From positions 167,810 to 231,809 of the forward strand of contig ARRA01000001.1 in the NCBI GenBank assembly GCA_000384935.1: 64,000 nucleotides of DNA. Direction: 5' to 3'. Position 1 is the first letter of the stretch; each line of letters opens with the position of its first letter. This stretch comes from a gamma proteobacterium SCGC AAA076-P13. GTDB lineage: Bacteria; Pseudomonadota; Gammaproteobacteria; Magnimaribacterales; D2472. The position numbers were made by a program, and so were the translations under genes. This document shows, piece by piece, positions 55,936 to 64,000 of this stretch. The notes beneath the pieces were generated by a model. The model did not search any database, was not told where the DNA came from, and saw nothing but the letters and a program-made list of their open reading frames with translations.

Positions 55936-57198
55936 ATGTTGAATTGGGATGATTACGGTAAGGAAGAAAACAATACACCCGCTGTAGTAAATGTTAGCGA
56001 AAGTGTGAAAGAAGTACAGAAAGCAGAAGCTCCTGCAAAACCAGTAATGGATACAGCAGCGCCAGTGCCTTCTGCAGAAAATAAAATCATAGAAGAAGGA
56101 ACAAGAGCAGAAACAGCAAGAGAAGCTGTTAAGAACCTTGATGAAGCAGCAGGCATTGCTGAACTTGATCAAGTGATGGGTTCAAGAGTTCAAGTCGACG
56201 ATAAAATGATGATCAATTGTAATGCGGACCTCAATCAGTTAGTTCCATTTAAATACGATTGGGCATGGCAAAAATATCTTGATGGAAGTGCTAACCACTG
56301 GATGCCTCAAGAAATAAATATGACAAATGATATTGTTTTATGGAAATCAGAAGATGGTCTAACAGAAGATGAAAGAACAATAGTTAAAAGAAATCTAGGC
56401 TTCTTTTCTACTGCTGATTCATTAGTGGCTAACAACCTTGTTCTTGCTCTTTACAGGCTAATAACAAATCCTGAATGCAGACAGTATATTTTAAGACAAA
56501 GTCTTGAAGAGGCAATTCATACTCATGCATATCAATATTGTATTGAGTCGCTAGGTATGGATGAAGGTGAAATATTTAATATGTATAGAGAAATACCTTG
56601 CGTAGCAAGAAAGGCCTCATGGGGATTAAAATATACACAAGAAATTTCTAACCCTGAGTTTAAAACAGGAACAGTTGAAACAGACAAACAACTACTCAAG
56701 AACTTGATTGCTTTTTACTGCGTTCTTGAAGGAATATTCTTCTATTGTGGATTTACTCAAATCTTATCAATGGGAAGAAGAAATAAAATGACAGGAACAT
56801 CAGAGCAATTCCAGTACATCCTTAGAGATGAGTCAATGCATGTAAACTTTGGTATTGATGTTATCAATCAAATAAAAATTGAGAATCCTCATCTTTGGGA
56901 TGAAGAACTTAAATCCGAAGCTGCTCAAATGATTCTTGAAGGAACGGAGCTAGAAATTCAATATGCAAGAGATACGATGCCAAGAGGCGTACTAGGTATG
57001 AACGCTGCAATGATGGAAGAATATCTCAAATTTATTGCTAATAGAAGATTGACGCAAATAGGTCTTGAAGAAGAATTCAAAGGTGTGAGCAATCCTTTCC
57101 CTTGGATGTCAGAAATTATAGATCTAAGAAAAGAGAAAAATTTCTTCGAAACAAGAGTTACCGAATATCAAGTTGGTGGAGCTCTGAACTGGGAATAA
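55936..57198 (+). CDS. nrdB: class Ia ribonucleotide reductase beta subunit (with a ~90-aa N-terminal extension as in Pseudomonas-type NrdB)
   Basis: 420 aa. Diiron ligand motifs [10 protein letters not shown] and RDESMHV. The [12 protein letters not shown]-terminus resembles the Pseudomonas NrdB start. Confidence 0.95.
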   Translation: MLNWDDYGKEENNTPAVVNVSESVKEVQKAEAPAKPVMDTAAPVPSAENKIIEEGTRAETAREAVKNLDEAAGIAELDQVMGSRVQVDDKMMINCNADLNQLVPFKYDWAWQKYLDGSANHWMPQEINMTNDIVLWKSEDGLTEDERTIVKRNLGFFSTADSLVANNLVLALYRLITNPECRQYILRQSLEEAIHTHAYQYCIESLGMDEGEIFNMYREIPCVARKASWGLKYTQEISNPEFKTGTVETDKQLLKNLIAFYCVLEGIFFYCGFTQILSMGRRNKMTGTSEQFQYILRDESMHVNFGIDVINQIKIENPHLWDEELKSEAAQMILEGTELEIQYARDTMPRGVLGMNAAMMEEYLKFIANRRLTQIGLEEEFKGVSNPFPWMSEIIDLRKEKNFFETRVTEYQVGGALNWE

Positions 57199-57215
57199 AG
57201 AAGTCAATAAAAATT

Positions 57216-57845
57216 ATGAAGAAGCCCCTTTTAAGGGGCTATTTTCATGAGTGGATGTTCTTCGTATCTATCGGAGCCTGCATCCCACTAATATCAAAAA
57301 GTTCAAATTCAATTGAGTTAACAGCAACTATTGTTTACTCGATTGGTATATTCATGATGTTTGGGTTTAGCGCACTTTATCACAGAGTAAAATGGAGACC
57401 TAAAGTCTTAAAAATCATGAGGAGACTTGATCACTCATCAATTTTTATAATGATAGCTGGAACTTTTACACCAATATGTCTTTTAGTGCTTCCTAAAGAA
57501 ACAGGCTTGCAACTCCTGTTGATAATTTGGGTAATAGCTGGAATTGGTATATTACAGGCTATATTATTTACAAACTTGCCGAGAATGCTAAGAGCAGGCT
57601 TATATCTAACAGCAGGCTATGTAGCAATCCCCTACCTTTCAATAATGTCATCCGTGATGGGTATTACTAATCTAGCATTGACCATAGCTGGAGGCACCAT
57701 ATATTCAGTTGGGGCTATAAGTTATGGCTTGAAATTTCCAGACTTTAGTCCTAAGTACTTTGGCTATCATGAATTCTTTCATGTGATGGTCTGTATAGCT
57801 GCAATACTTCACTTTATTGTAATTTATTCAATAGTTGGAAACTAA
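57216..57845 (+). CDS. hemolysin III/PAQR-family membrane protein
   Basis: The track ORF begins at 57102, inside the nrdB 3' end. The likely start is MKKPLLRGYFHEW at 57216. Seven TM segments, with SALYH, LDHSSIF and HEFFH motifs. Confidence 0.85.
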   Translation: MKKPLLRGYFHEWMFFVSIGACIPLISKSSNSIELTATIVYSIGIFMMFGFSALYHRVKWRPKVLKIMRRLDHSSIFIMIAGTFTPICLLVLPKETGLQLLLIIWVIAGIGILQAILFTNLPRMLRAGLYLTAGYVAIPYLSIMSSVMGITNLALTIAGGTIYSVGAISYGLKFPDFSPKYFGYHEFFHVMVCIAAILHFIVIYSIVGN

Positions 57846-58460
57846 ATGATGAAACTATATTCAAGTAAATTTGCTCCAAGTCCTAGAAAAGTTCTTATAT
57901 ATTTAAAAGAGAAAAATATATCAGATATAGAAATCATCGATCTTGATCTCGGAAAGCTTGAGCATAAGACTCCCGAATATAGAGCAATAGCTCCAAACTC
58001 AAGAGTCCCCGCCCTTCAATTAGATGATGGAACAGTTATATTAGAAACTACTGCGATGTGCAGATATCTTGAATGCCTGTATCCAGAACCAAATATGTTT
58101 GGAGAGAGCCCAATAGAAATAGCTTCAATTGAAATGTGGTACTCAAGGGTATCATTTGAATTGATGATGCCTTTGATGCATGGATTTAGGCACACTCATC
58201 CGCACATGAGTGCAATGGAGAATCAAAATGAGGAATATGGACTTGCTCAAAGAAAATTAGGAATCAAAGAGCTTGAAAATTATGACACTATTATTCAGTC
58301 AAGAGAGTTTATAGCAGGTGATAGATTTACATATGCAGACTTGCAAATGGTAACTTCTCTTCAGTTTTTAGTTCAATTAAATAAATTAAATATCGAGGAC
58401 TATGGAAACCTGAATGAGTATATTATTCAGGTTTCCAGCCGTCCAAGTTTTTTGATATAA
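57846..58460 (+). CDS. glutathione S-transferase family protein
   Basis: 204 aa. N-terminal thioredoxin-like fold (KLYSSKFAPSPRKVLIYL; RVPALQLDDGTVILET) and a helical C-domain. Confidence 0.78.
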   Translation: MMKLYSSKFAPSPRKVLIYLKEKNISDIEIIDLDLGKLEHKTPEYRAIAPNSRVPALQLDDGTVILETTAMCRYLECLYPEPNMFGESPIEIASIEMWYSRVSFELMMPLMHGFRHTHPHMSAMENQNEEYGLAQRKLGIKELENYDTIIQSREFIAGDRFTYADLQMVTSLQFLVQLNKLNIEDYGNLNEYIIQVSSRPSFLI

Positions 58461-58461
58461 A

Positions 58462-59364
58462 TTACTGCTTACTAATTAACTCAAATATTTTAAGGGTTTG
58501 CTCTCCTCCGTTTTGAAGAGCTCTAGCATCATCCATATCTGAAATAGTATCCCAGTTAGCTGCTATATTTTCTGGGGTCATGTCTTCTCCAGTGCCCAGT
58601 GAAACTCCCATTGTTTCATGGGTAATTATCCTGGCATAAACTCCTGCTCCGGCAGCAATAATAACTCCATTTGGTGCATCTTTTCCTGACAGATAAATTA
58701 CAGCAGGAGTAACGTACTCGGGCTGTAAATTCTTTCCAAAATCTTCTGGAATTAAGCCTTCTGTCATTCTTGTATAAGCAACTGGGGTAATTGAATTTGA
58801 AAAAACATTATATTTTTGGCCTTCAATTTTTAATGTATTCATCAGACCGACTATTGCCATTTTTGCAGCACCATAGTTGCTTTGACCAAAGTTTCCGTAA
58901 ACCCCGCTAGATGAACTTGTAAAGACTATTCTTCCATATCCTTGCTCTCTCATGATCGGGTAAATAGTATGAGTACAATTTAATGTTCCCTGAAAATGAA
59001 CATCCATGACTAAATTGAAATCATCAAGAGTAACATTATGGAAACTTTTATCCCTTAAAATACCAGCATTATTGACAAGAATATCGATTCTTCCCCATTT
59101 ATCCATAACTTCTTTAACCATGTCCTGTATAGCTGATAAATCTGTAACGCTTGCGCCATTAGCGATAGCTTCGCCGCCTTCATCTTTAATTTGCTGAACT
59201 ACAGCTTCTGCTGCATCACTAGTCCCACTTCCATCAACGCTTCCACCTAAGTCATTTACAACGACTTTGGCGCCTCTTCTTGCAAGCTCTAGGGCGTGCT
59301 CTTTACCAATTCCTCCACCCGCACCTGTTACTATTGCAACTTGATCATCAAATCTTATACTCAT
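58462..59364 (-). CDS. short-chain dehydrogenase/reductase, MFE-2 (3-hydroxyacyl-CoA dehydrogenase)-like
   Basis: 300 aa. VAIVTGAGGGIGKEHALELARRGAKVVVNDLGG, NNAG, and catalytic S...YGAAK. Confidence 0.85.
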   Translation of the reverse strand: MSIRFDDQVAIVTGAGGGIGKEHALELARRGAKVVVNDLGGSVDGSGTSDAAEAVVQQIKDEGGEAIANGASVTDLSAIQDMVKEVMDKWGRIDILVNNAGILRDKSFHNVTLDDFNLVMDVHFQGTLNCTHTIYPIMREQGYGRIVFTSSSSGVYGNFGQSNYGAAKMAIVGLMNTLKIEGQKYNVFSNSITPVAYTRMTEGLIPEDFGKNLQPEYVTPAVIYLSGKDAPNGVIIAAGAGVYARIITHETMGVSLGTGEDMTPENIAANWDTISDMDDARALQNGGEQTLKIFELISKQ

Positions 59365-59443
59365 CTTGTGTCTCCTTTTTGTTCGAAGTCATTCTTTGTT
59401 TTAAAATAGACAATTATTCTAATCAAAATTTAAATTTTTTACT

Positions 59444-60037
59444 ATGTTAAAAAAATATGAGCCTGAGGATTATCCAAATCTTGGTATAACCATTTATGAA
59501 AATATTGAACATATATCAATATTAAATAGTTGGCATGAAACATGTTTACAAAATATAAATTGGGTAGAAGGAGAAATTAAAATTTTTGGGAAAATCCATA
59601 AAATTCCTCGCCTTCAAGCCTGGTATTCTGATCATGGAATAAATTATTCATACTCGGGAAAAGTTCTTGATCAAAATATTTGGAATAAAGAATTGTTTGA
59701 AATAAAAATACTGATCGAATCAGTTTGTAAATGCACATTTAATTCTGTTTTAGCAAACCTTTATAGGAATGGCTCTGACTCTATGGGTCTTCATTCCGAT
59801 GATGAGAAAGAACTTGGTTTAAGACCCCTTATTGCATCTTTGTCGCTTGGAGAAGAAAGAGAGATCACATTCAAACATAAATATGATGATGTTAGTCTAA
59901 AAATCCCCCAACACCATGGTCAGCTTCTTGTTATGCATGGAGATACACAAACATATTGGAAACATGAAATAAAAAAGACAAAAAAATTTAAAAAGCCAAG
60001 AATTAATTTAACTTTTAGGAATATAATTAGTTATTAA
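59444..60037 (+). CDS. alkB: alpha-ketoglutarate/Fe(II)-dependent dioxygenase AlkB (ALKBH2/3-like)
   Basis: 197 aa. LANLYRNGSDSMGLHSDDE (H-x-D), HGDTQTYWKHEI (distal His), RINLTFR. Confidence 0.85.
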   Translation: MLKKYEPEDYPNLGITIYENIEHISILNSWHETCLQNINWVEGEIKIFGKIHKIPRLQAWYSDHGINYSYSGKVLDQNIWNKELFEIKILIESVCKCTFNSVLANLYRNGSDSMGLHSDDEKELGLRPLIASLSLGEEREITFKHKYDDVSLKIPQHHGQLLVMHGDTQTYWKHEIKKTKKFKKPRINLTFRNIISY

Positions 60038-60065
60038 TTTTAATAAATTTCATAAAGGAAAAAAA

Positions 60066-61064
60066 ATGAGCTCAAGAGTAAAAGTAGTTGTAACAGGCGC
60101 AGCTGGTCAAATCGCATATTCATTGATACCAAGGCTAGTAGATGGCAAAACTTTTGGGGATAGAATTGTTGATTTATGTCTTGTTGAAATTCCTCAAGTT
60201 GTCAGCAAGTTAGAAGGTCTTGTTATGGAATTAGAAGATTCCTATTTTCCTCATATGGGTGAAGTTACGTATACTGATAATTTTGAAGAGGCTTCGCATG
60301 ATGCTGATTGGTTTTTACTCGTGGGAAGCATCCCAAGAGGTATCGTATATGAAGGGAAGAAAATTGAAGAAAGGTCAGATCTTCTAAAAATTAATGGTGG
60401 TATTTTTGTAAATCAAGGGAAAGCCATTGGCAGCAACGCCAAAGATGATGCAAAGATACTAGTGGTAGGAAACCCAGCAAATACAAATGCGCTAATTGGA
60501 AAAAATGCATCTGGTAAAGACAGCCAGCTATGGATGGCTATGACTATGCTTGATTCTAGTAGAGCTAAATCAGTGTTAGCTAAAAAAACTAATGTAAATG
60601 TAGATCAAGTATCTAATATGATTATTTGGGGTAATCATAGTCCGACTATGTACCCAGATATAGAAAATGCAGTAGTTAATGGTGAATCGATTTCTTCAGT
60701 TATTAATGACATGGGTTGGGTTGAAAATGAGTTTCTTCCAACTGTTCAACAAAGAGGCAAGGCTGTTATAGATGCTAGAGGTGCATCCTCTGCAACTTCG
60801 GCTGCTAAGGCTGCTCTAGATACCGTAATTGCATGTGAAAACCCTACTGATAGCAATGATAGTTTTAGCGCTGCTGTTGAAAGCGATGGCTCATATGGGG
60901 TACCTGAAGGTTTGATTTGTGGTTTTCCGCTTTCTACAGATGGCAATGGCGTAGTTACAATCAAAAAGGGTTTAGAATTATCTGATTTTGCTAAACAAAA
61001 ATTTCAAGTATCGATTGATGAACTCATTTCTGAGCGCCAAGCGGTAGAGCATTTAATGAAATGA
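60066..61064 (+). CDS. mdh: malate dehydrogenase (NAD, LDH-like type)
   Basis: 332 aa. VVVTGAAGQIAYSL, VVGNPANTNA, IWGNHS. Confidence 0.95.
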   Translation: MSSRVKVVVTGAAGQIAYSLIPRLVDGKTFGDRIVDLCLVEIPQVVSKLEGLVMELEDSYFPHMGEVTYTDNFEEASHDADWFLLVGSIPRGIVYEGKKIEERSDLLKINGGIFVNQGKAIGSNAKDDAKILVVGNPANTNALIGKNASGKDSQLWMAMTMLDSSRAKSVLAKKTNVNVDQVSNMIIWGNHSPTMYPDIENAVVNGESISSVINDMGWVENEFLPTVQQRGKAVIDARGASSATSAAKAALDTVIACENPTDSNDSFSAAVESDGSYGVPEGLICGFPLSTDGNGVVTIKKGLELSDFAKQKFQVSIDELISERQAVEHLMK

Positions 61065-61522
61065 TCCAAGAAAATAAATTTATTTTCAAATTTATATATG
61101 GAGTCCTTATTGACGAGTTATGTGAATCAGCTCAATTAATAACAAATCATGACTTATCAAGGTTAGCCAAAAGCTTAGAAAATACTCATGTCAAAAATAT
61201 TAATATAAGTCCAAGTTTGGTTGACATACCTCAATCTGATGATGATATTTTTATTGTTCTTGATGATGTTAATTTATCACCAACTGATATTGGAAAAATA
61301 AAGAACCTTCTAAGTCAGAAGATTCTAATATGTACGAAGTCAGAAAAATCTATTGAAACCCAAGAAATGATGACAAAGCTTGGTTTTCAACTCGAGTTTA
61401 ATAATACAGAGGAAGAGAAAATGTGCTTTTCTTATAATCTTAAAACATATAATAATAAAAGATCATGGAATAACTCTGAGGGATGGGCAAACCCTGAGAA
61501 TTTTGATAAATATAGATGGTAA
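61061..61522 (+). CDS. hypothetical protein coupled to mdh (ATGA overlap)
   Basis: 153 aa. No motif that I can name with confidence. C-terminal ...WNNSEGWANPENFDKYRW. Confidence 0.5.
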   Translation: MIQENKFIFKFIYGVLIDELCESAQLITNHDLSRLAKSLENTHVKNINISPSLVDIPQSDDDIFIVLDDVNLSPTDIGKIKNLLSQKILICTKSEKSIETQEMMTKLGFQLEFNNTEEEKMCFSYNLKTYNNKRSWNNSEGWANPENFDKYRW

Positions 61523-61523
61523 G

Positions 61524-63233
61524 CTACTTAAAGCTTGCCAGAAACTGAAGGAACTCAACCCTTCCTCCATCGACCTCGATATCACCTGATGCAATAGACT
61601 GAACAGGGTTTTTCAAACCTGATAGAGCTAGTTTAAGTTCTGACTCGTCACTTTTAACAGTAATATTACATTCTTCTAGTTTATTAGAAGTTTCTGCAAC
61701 ATCATTCCTGATAGTTATTGTTTTTACTAATCCTGAGGTAAATACAAAACAAGCTACATAGTTATTCTTATAAATATTATCTGGGTTTATTCTTACCGAA
61801 AGAAGGTTAAAAAAAGTATCTGTAGATATTTCATTAACCAAATCTAAAGAGCGTTCTGCAGCTGGAAAGCCAGCAAAACTTTCATCTAGCTCTATAGCAG
61901 AAGTTAAAAAATAGTTTCTTTTGTTAGGATTTGATGATCGCTCGCCAATATATATTAATGCCTTTTTTCTTAAAGCTCTTGTTTCATCTAACATAAACTC
62001 TAGAGCAATCAACCTATCGCTTAACTGGAGAGCCCATTGCATGTCCTCTTCAGCTATTGCTGTATTTAATGATTTAAGAAGCTCCTCGTTACCACCAGCT
62101 AATTTGGAGAATTGTTTTGCCTCTTCGATTCTTGATAAGGGATCTAGGTCAGATGGATTTCCGTTAAACCATCCTAAATAGCCGTTAAAGATACTTTTAA
62201 CAGACCATCGTACTGTTCCATAAAATTCATATAAAAATGGTGATTCTTTTACCTTTATTGGTAAATCAATCATATCGACAATCTGATCGGGATAGTAACC
62301 TTCATTCATAAGTCTTACAGTCTGGTCATGCACAAACTGAATAGCATCTCTATATAAAGTTAATGCTTCTGATACATCTGGTCCAACTATAGGCTTTGTA
62401 TGGCTTGGAAATAAAAATTTTGAGTCTAGTCTTCTCATATGATCTAGACTACCTATCCAGCCCATTACATCTCTATGAGTGGTTCCTCTAATTGTATACA
62501 GGTTAGGAAAGGTCTTATAAATATTGTCACCCGGCATAAGTGATTCATGTTTTGGCAACCAAACAAATAACTGGTCATTAGTTTCTCCGGGGGCATGAAA
62601 TAATTGAATATCAATACCTGCTATATCGAGTATTAATTTATCTTTAAAGGTGGTATCTGGTTTTACATAACCTGGTGGTGATTTAGATACATTGAGACTC
62701 TTACCTATTCCAACGTTTATCAAGTCCTCTTCAGGTAATTGAGTTCCAAACATTCGGGCGCTTCTAACTGAAACAATAGGATTAATTATCCCTAATATTC
62801 TTTGCATATAATAGTCTGTAGATTCATGTGCAATAATTTTTGGTCTCTCTGCTTGAGAGGTTAAATAAAATGATGTTCCAAAGGTATGATCGCCATGATT
62901 ATGAGTATAGATAACAGCTTTTATGGGGTTTGAATTTTTTTTCTTAAAAAATGAATAAATCTCTTCTGCTTCAAATACGCTATCTGCCGAATCGATAATA
63001 ATATTGCCATCTATGCCCTCAACCATGATTGAATTGGCAATACCGAAGCCAATAGCTACATGAACTCTCCCACCAGGAGTCTGATAGGTTAATATTTCTT
63101 TATTGAACTCCTCCGAGTGCTTTATTAGTTTTTCAACTTTAGAGATCTTGGGAACTTCAACAGACTCTGATTGAGAGCATGCAGAAATAAGAATACAAGC
63201 AATAAAGATAAAACAAAAATTAAATAGTCTCAT
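61524..63233 (-). CDS. alkyl/aryl-sulfatase, metallo-beta-lactamase fold (SdsA1/BDS1-like) lipoprotein
   Basis: 569 aa. Lipobox LISAC. IYTHNHGDHTFG MBL motif, a long helical dimerisation region and an SCP2-like C-terminus. Confidence 0.82.
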   Translation of the reverse strand: MRLFNFCFIFIACILISACSQSESVEVPKISKVEKLIKHSEEFNKEILTYQTPGGRVHVAIGFGIANSIMVEGIDGNIIIDSADSVFEAEEIYSFFKKKNSNPIKAVIYTHNHGDHTFGTSFYLTSQAERPKIIAHESTDYYMQRILGIINPIVSVRSARMFGTQLPEEDLINVGIGKSLNVSKSPPGYVKPDTTFKDKLILDIAGIDIQLFHAPGETNDQLFVWLPKHESLMPGDNIYKTFPNLYTIRGTTHRDVMGWIGSLDHMRRLDSKFLFPSHTKPIVGPDVSEALTLYRDAIQFVHDQTVRLMNEGYYPDQIVDMIDLPIKVKESPFLYEFYGTVRWSVKSIFNGYLGWFNGNPSDLDPLSRIEEAKQFSKLAGGNEELLKSLNTAIAEEDMQWALQLSDRLIALEFMLDETRALRKKALIYIGERSSNPNKRNYFLTSAIELDESFAGFPAAERSLDLVNEISTDTFFNLLSVRINPDNIYKNNYVACFVFTSGLVKTITIRNDVAETSNKLEECNITVKSDESELKLALSGLKNPVQSIASGDIEVDGGRVEFLQFLASFK

Positions 63234-63258
63234 GTTAATTTTTATTTATAGAAAGGTC

Positions 63259-63786
63259 CTAGAGAAAACTAATCATTATTTCATCTACAAGAACATCAGA
63301 TTTATCCTCATTAGCAATAGCACTTGAGTAATCAGATCTCCAGACAGTAACCACAGTCCATAGGGTTGTATCTTTGGATGCATCCTTGAGATTTATTCTT
63401 AAAATATTTTCAGTAATAGTTCGTACATTATTGTCGTACATATAATTGTTCCAATAATATCTTGAATAGTGAAAGTTAGACCTATCAGATTGGACTTTAT
63501 CCTTACTGCTTAAGTTGATATTAAAAACTAAGCTTGAGTCGGATGAATATTTTAAGCCTCTCGATTCAAGAGCATTTTTTAGATTATTTTTAAACCTCTC
63601 TAGTTCAATTGGATTTATTTCTGCACTTATATTTGATTCGTTTATATTTATATAAAAGTCGTTATAATTGCTTAAGTTAAAAGTATCGATCGAATCAACT
63701 TCGATGTTGGATTGAGTGGTGGCGCAGCCTACCAAAATTAATATACTGGCTAATTTTGTAATTATTTTCATAGAATAAGTGTACAT
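63259..63786 (-). CDS. small lipoprotein (DUF4136-like, tentative)
   Basis: 175 aa (the start is probably MKIITK at 63771). Lipobox LILVGC. The family assignment is weak. Confidence 0.45.
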   Translation of the reverse strand: MYTYSMKIITKLASILILVGCATTQSNIEVDSIDTFNLSNYNDFYININESNISAEINPIELERFKNNLKNALESRGLKYSSDSSLVFNINLSSKDKVQSDRSNFHYSRYYWNNYMYDNNVRTITENILRINLKDASKDTTLWTVVTVWRSDYSSAIANEDKSDVLVDEIMISFL

Positions 63787-63805
63787 GTTTTTATAGAATT
63801 TTATT

Positions 63806-64000
63806 ATGTTTAAACTTCAAGACCAAAAATATATCCCTTTATTAGATCTCAATGCTCAAATATATAATGAATCTGAATTCAATTGCAAGCATGTTCACTT
63901 AGATTCAGATAGCGATGAAATGGTCTTTATGGTTGCTTTTAGGACGATACCTGAAGATTCTACTGGTGTTGCACATATTCTTGAACATACCGCCCTATGC
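63806..64000 (+). CDS. M16-family (insulinase/PreP-like) metallopeptidase, first 65 codons (continues beyond the window)
   Basis: My translation from the ATG at 63806: MFKLQDQKYIPLLDLNAQIYNESEFNCKHVHLDSDSDEMVFMVAFRTIPEDSTGVAHILEHTALC. It contains the inverted zinc motif HxxEH (HILEH). Confidence 0.8.
   Translation, partial: MFKLQDQKYIPLLDLNAQIYNESEFNCKHVHLDSDSDEMVFMVAFRTIPEDSTGVAHILEHTALC

Noticed and set aside
57216-57845. The hemolysin III-family gene as a virulence or toxin determinant.
   Set aside because: PAQR/YqfA-type proteins are widespread housekeeping membrane proteins. The gene sits in a core-gene context directly after nrdB, with no secretion or toxin partners.

Overview
This is an AT-rich (about one-third GC by eye), tightly packed chromosomal window from a streamlined marine gammaproteobacterium. 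That assignment rests on conserved gene arrays: rpoE-rseA/mucA-degP/mucD-lepA-lepB-rnc-era-recO-acpS, queA-tgt-yajC-secD-secF, trmJ/suhB, sdhE/ygfZ, and Pseudomonas-type nrdAB. A SAR86-like origin is only my guess and cannot be tested here. I call about 70 CDS and 3 tRNAs (Gly-GCC, Glu-UUC, Leu-CAA). I also call several intrinsic terminators, NrdR-like and DnaA boxes ahead of nrdAB, and a second DnaA-box cluster ahead of ung. I saw no rRNA, CRISPR array, transposase, integrase or recognisable defence genes. Most of the window (22.3-61 kb) is ordinary housekeeping.

Four parts deserve a second look:
- (1) 3.1-11.3 kb: a TonB-dependent receptor followed by Gly-tethered lipoproteins (an M64-like metallopeptidase and an esterase) and a translationally coupled small secreted ORF.
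- (2) 29.2-35.3 kb: a gene for a ~2011-aa lipoprotein. It shares its lipobox, Gly7 tether and a 75-aa module (56/75 identical by hand alignment) with the M64-like protein, and it contains a ~549-aa tandem duplication.
- (3) 17.1-22.2 kb: a block of small secreted or membrane ORFs of unknown function abutting tRNA-Glu. It carries a ~59-nt direct repeat that duplicates one gene's 5' end, plus five TGGAAACA-type direct repeats and a GC-rich patch.
- (4) Several housekeeping genes show reductive oddities: ygfZ has no canonical start, suhB has lost a metal-binding Asp, tsaB is internally deleted, and rseB/rseC/pdxJ are absent.

All functional calls come from reading the supplied translations and my own translation of unlisted regions. 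No database search was possible, so family names are motif-based recognitions.
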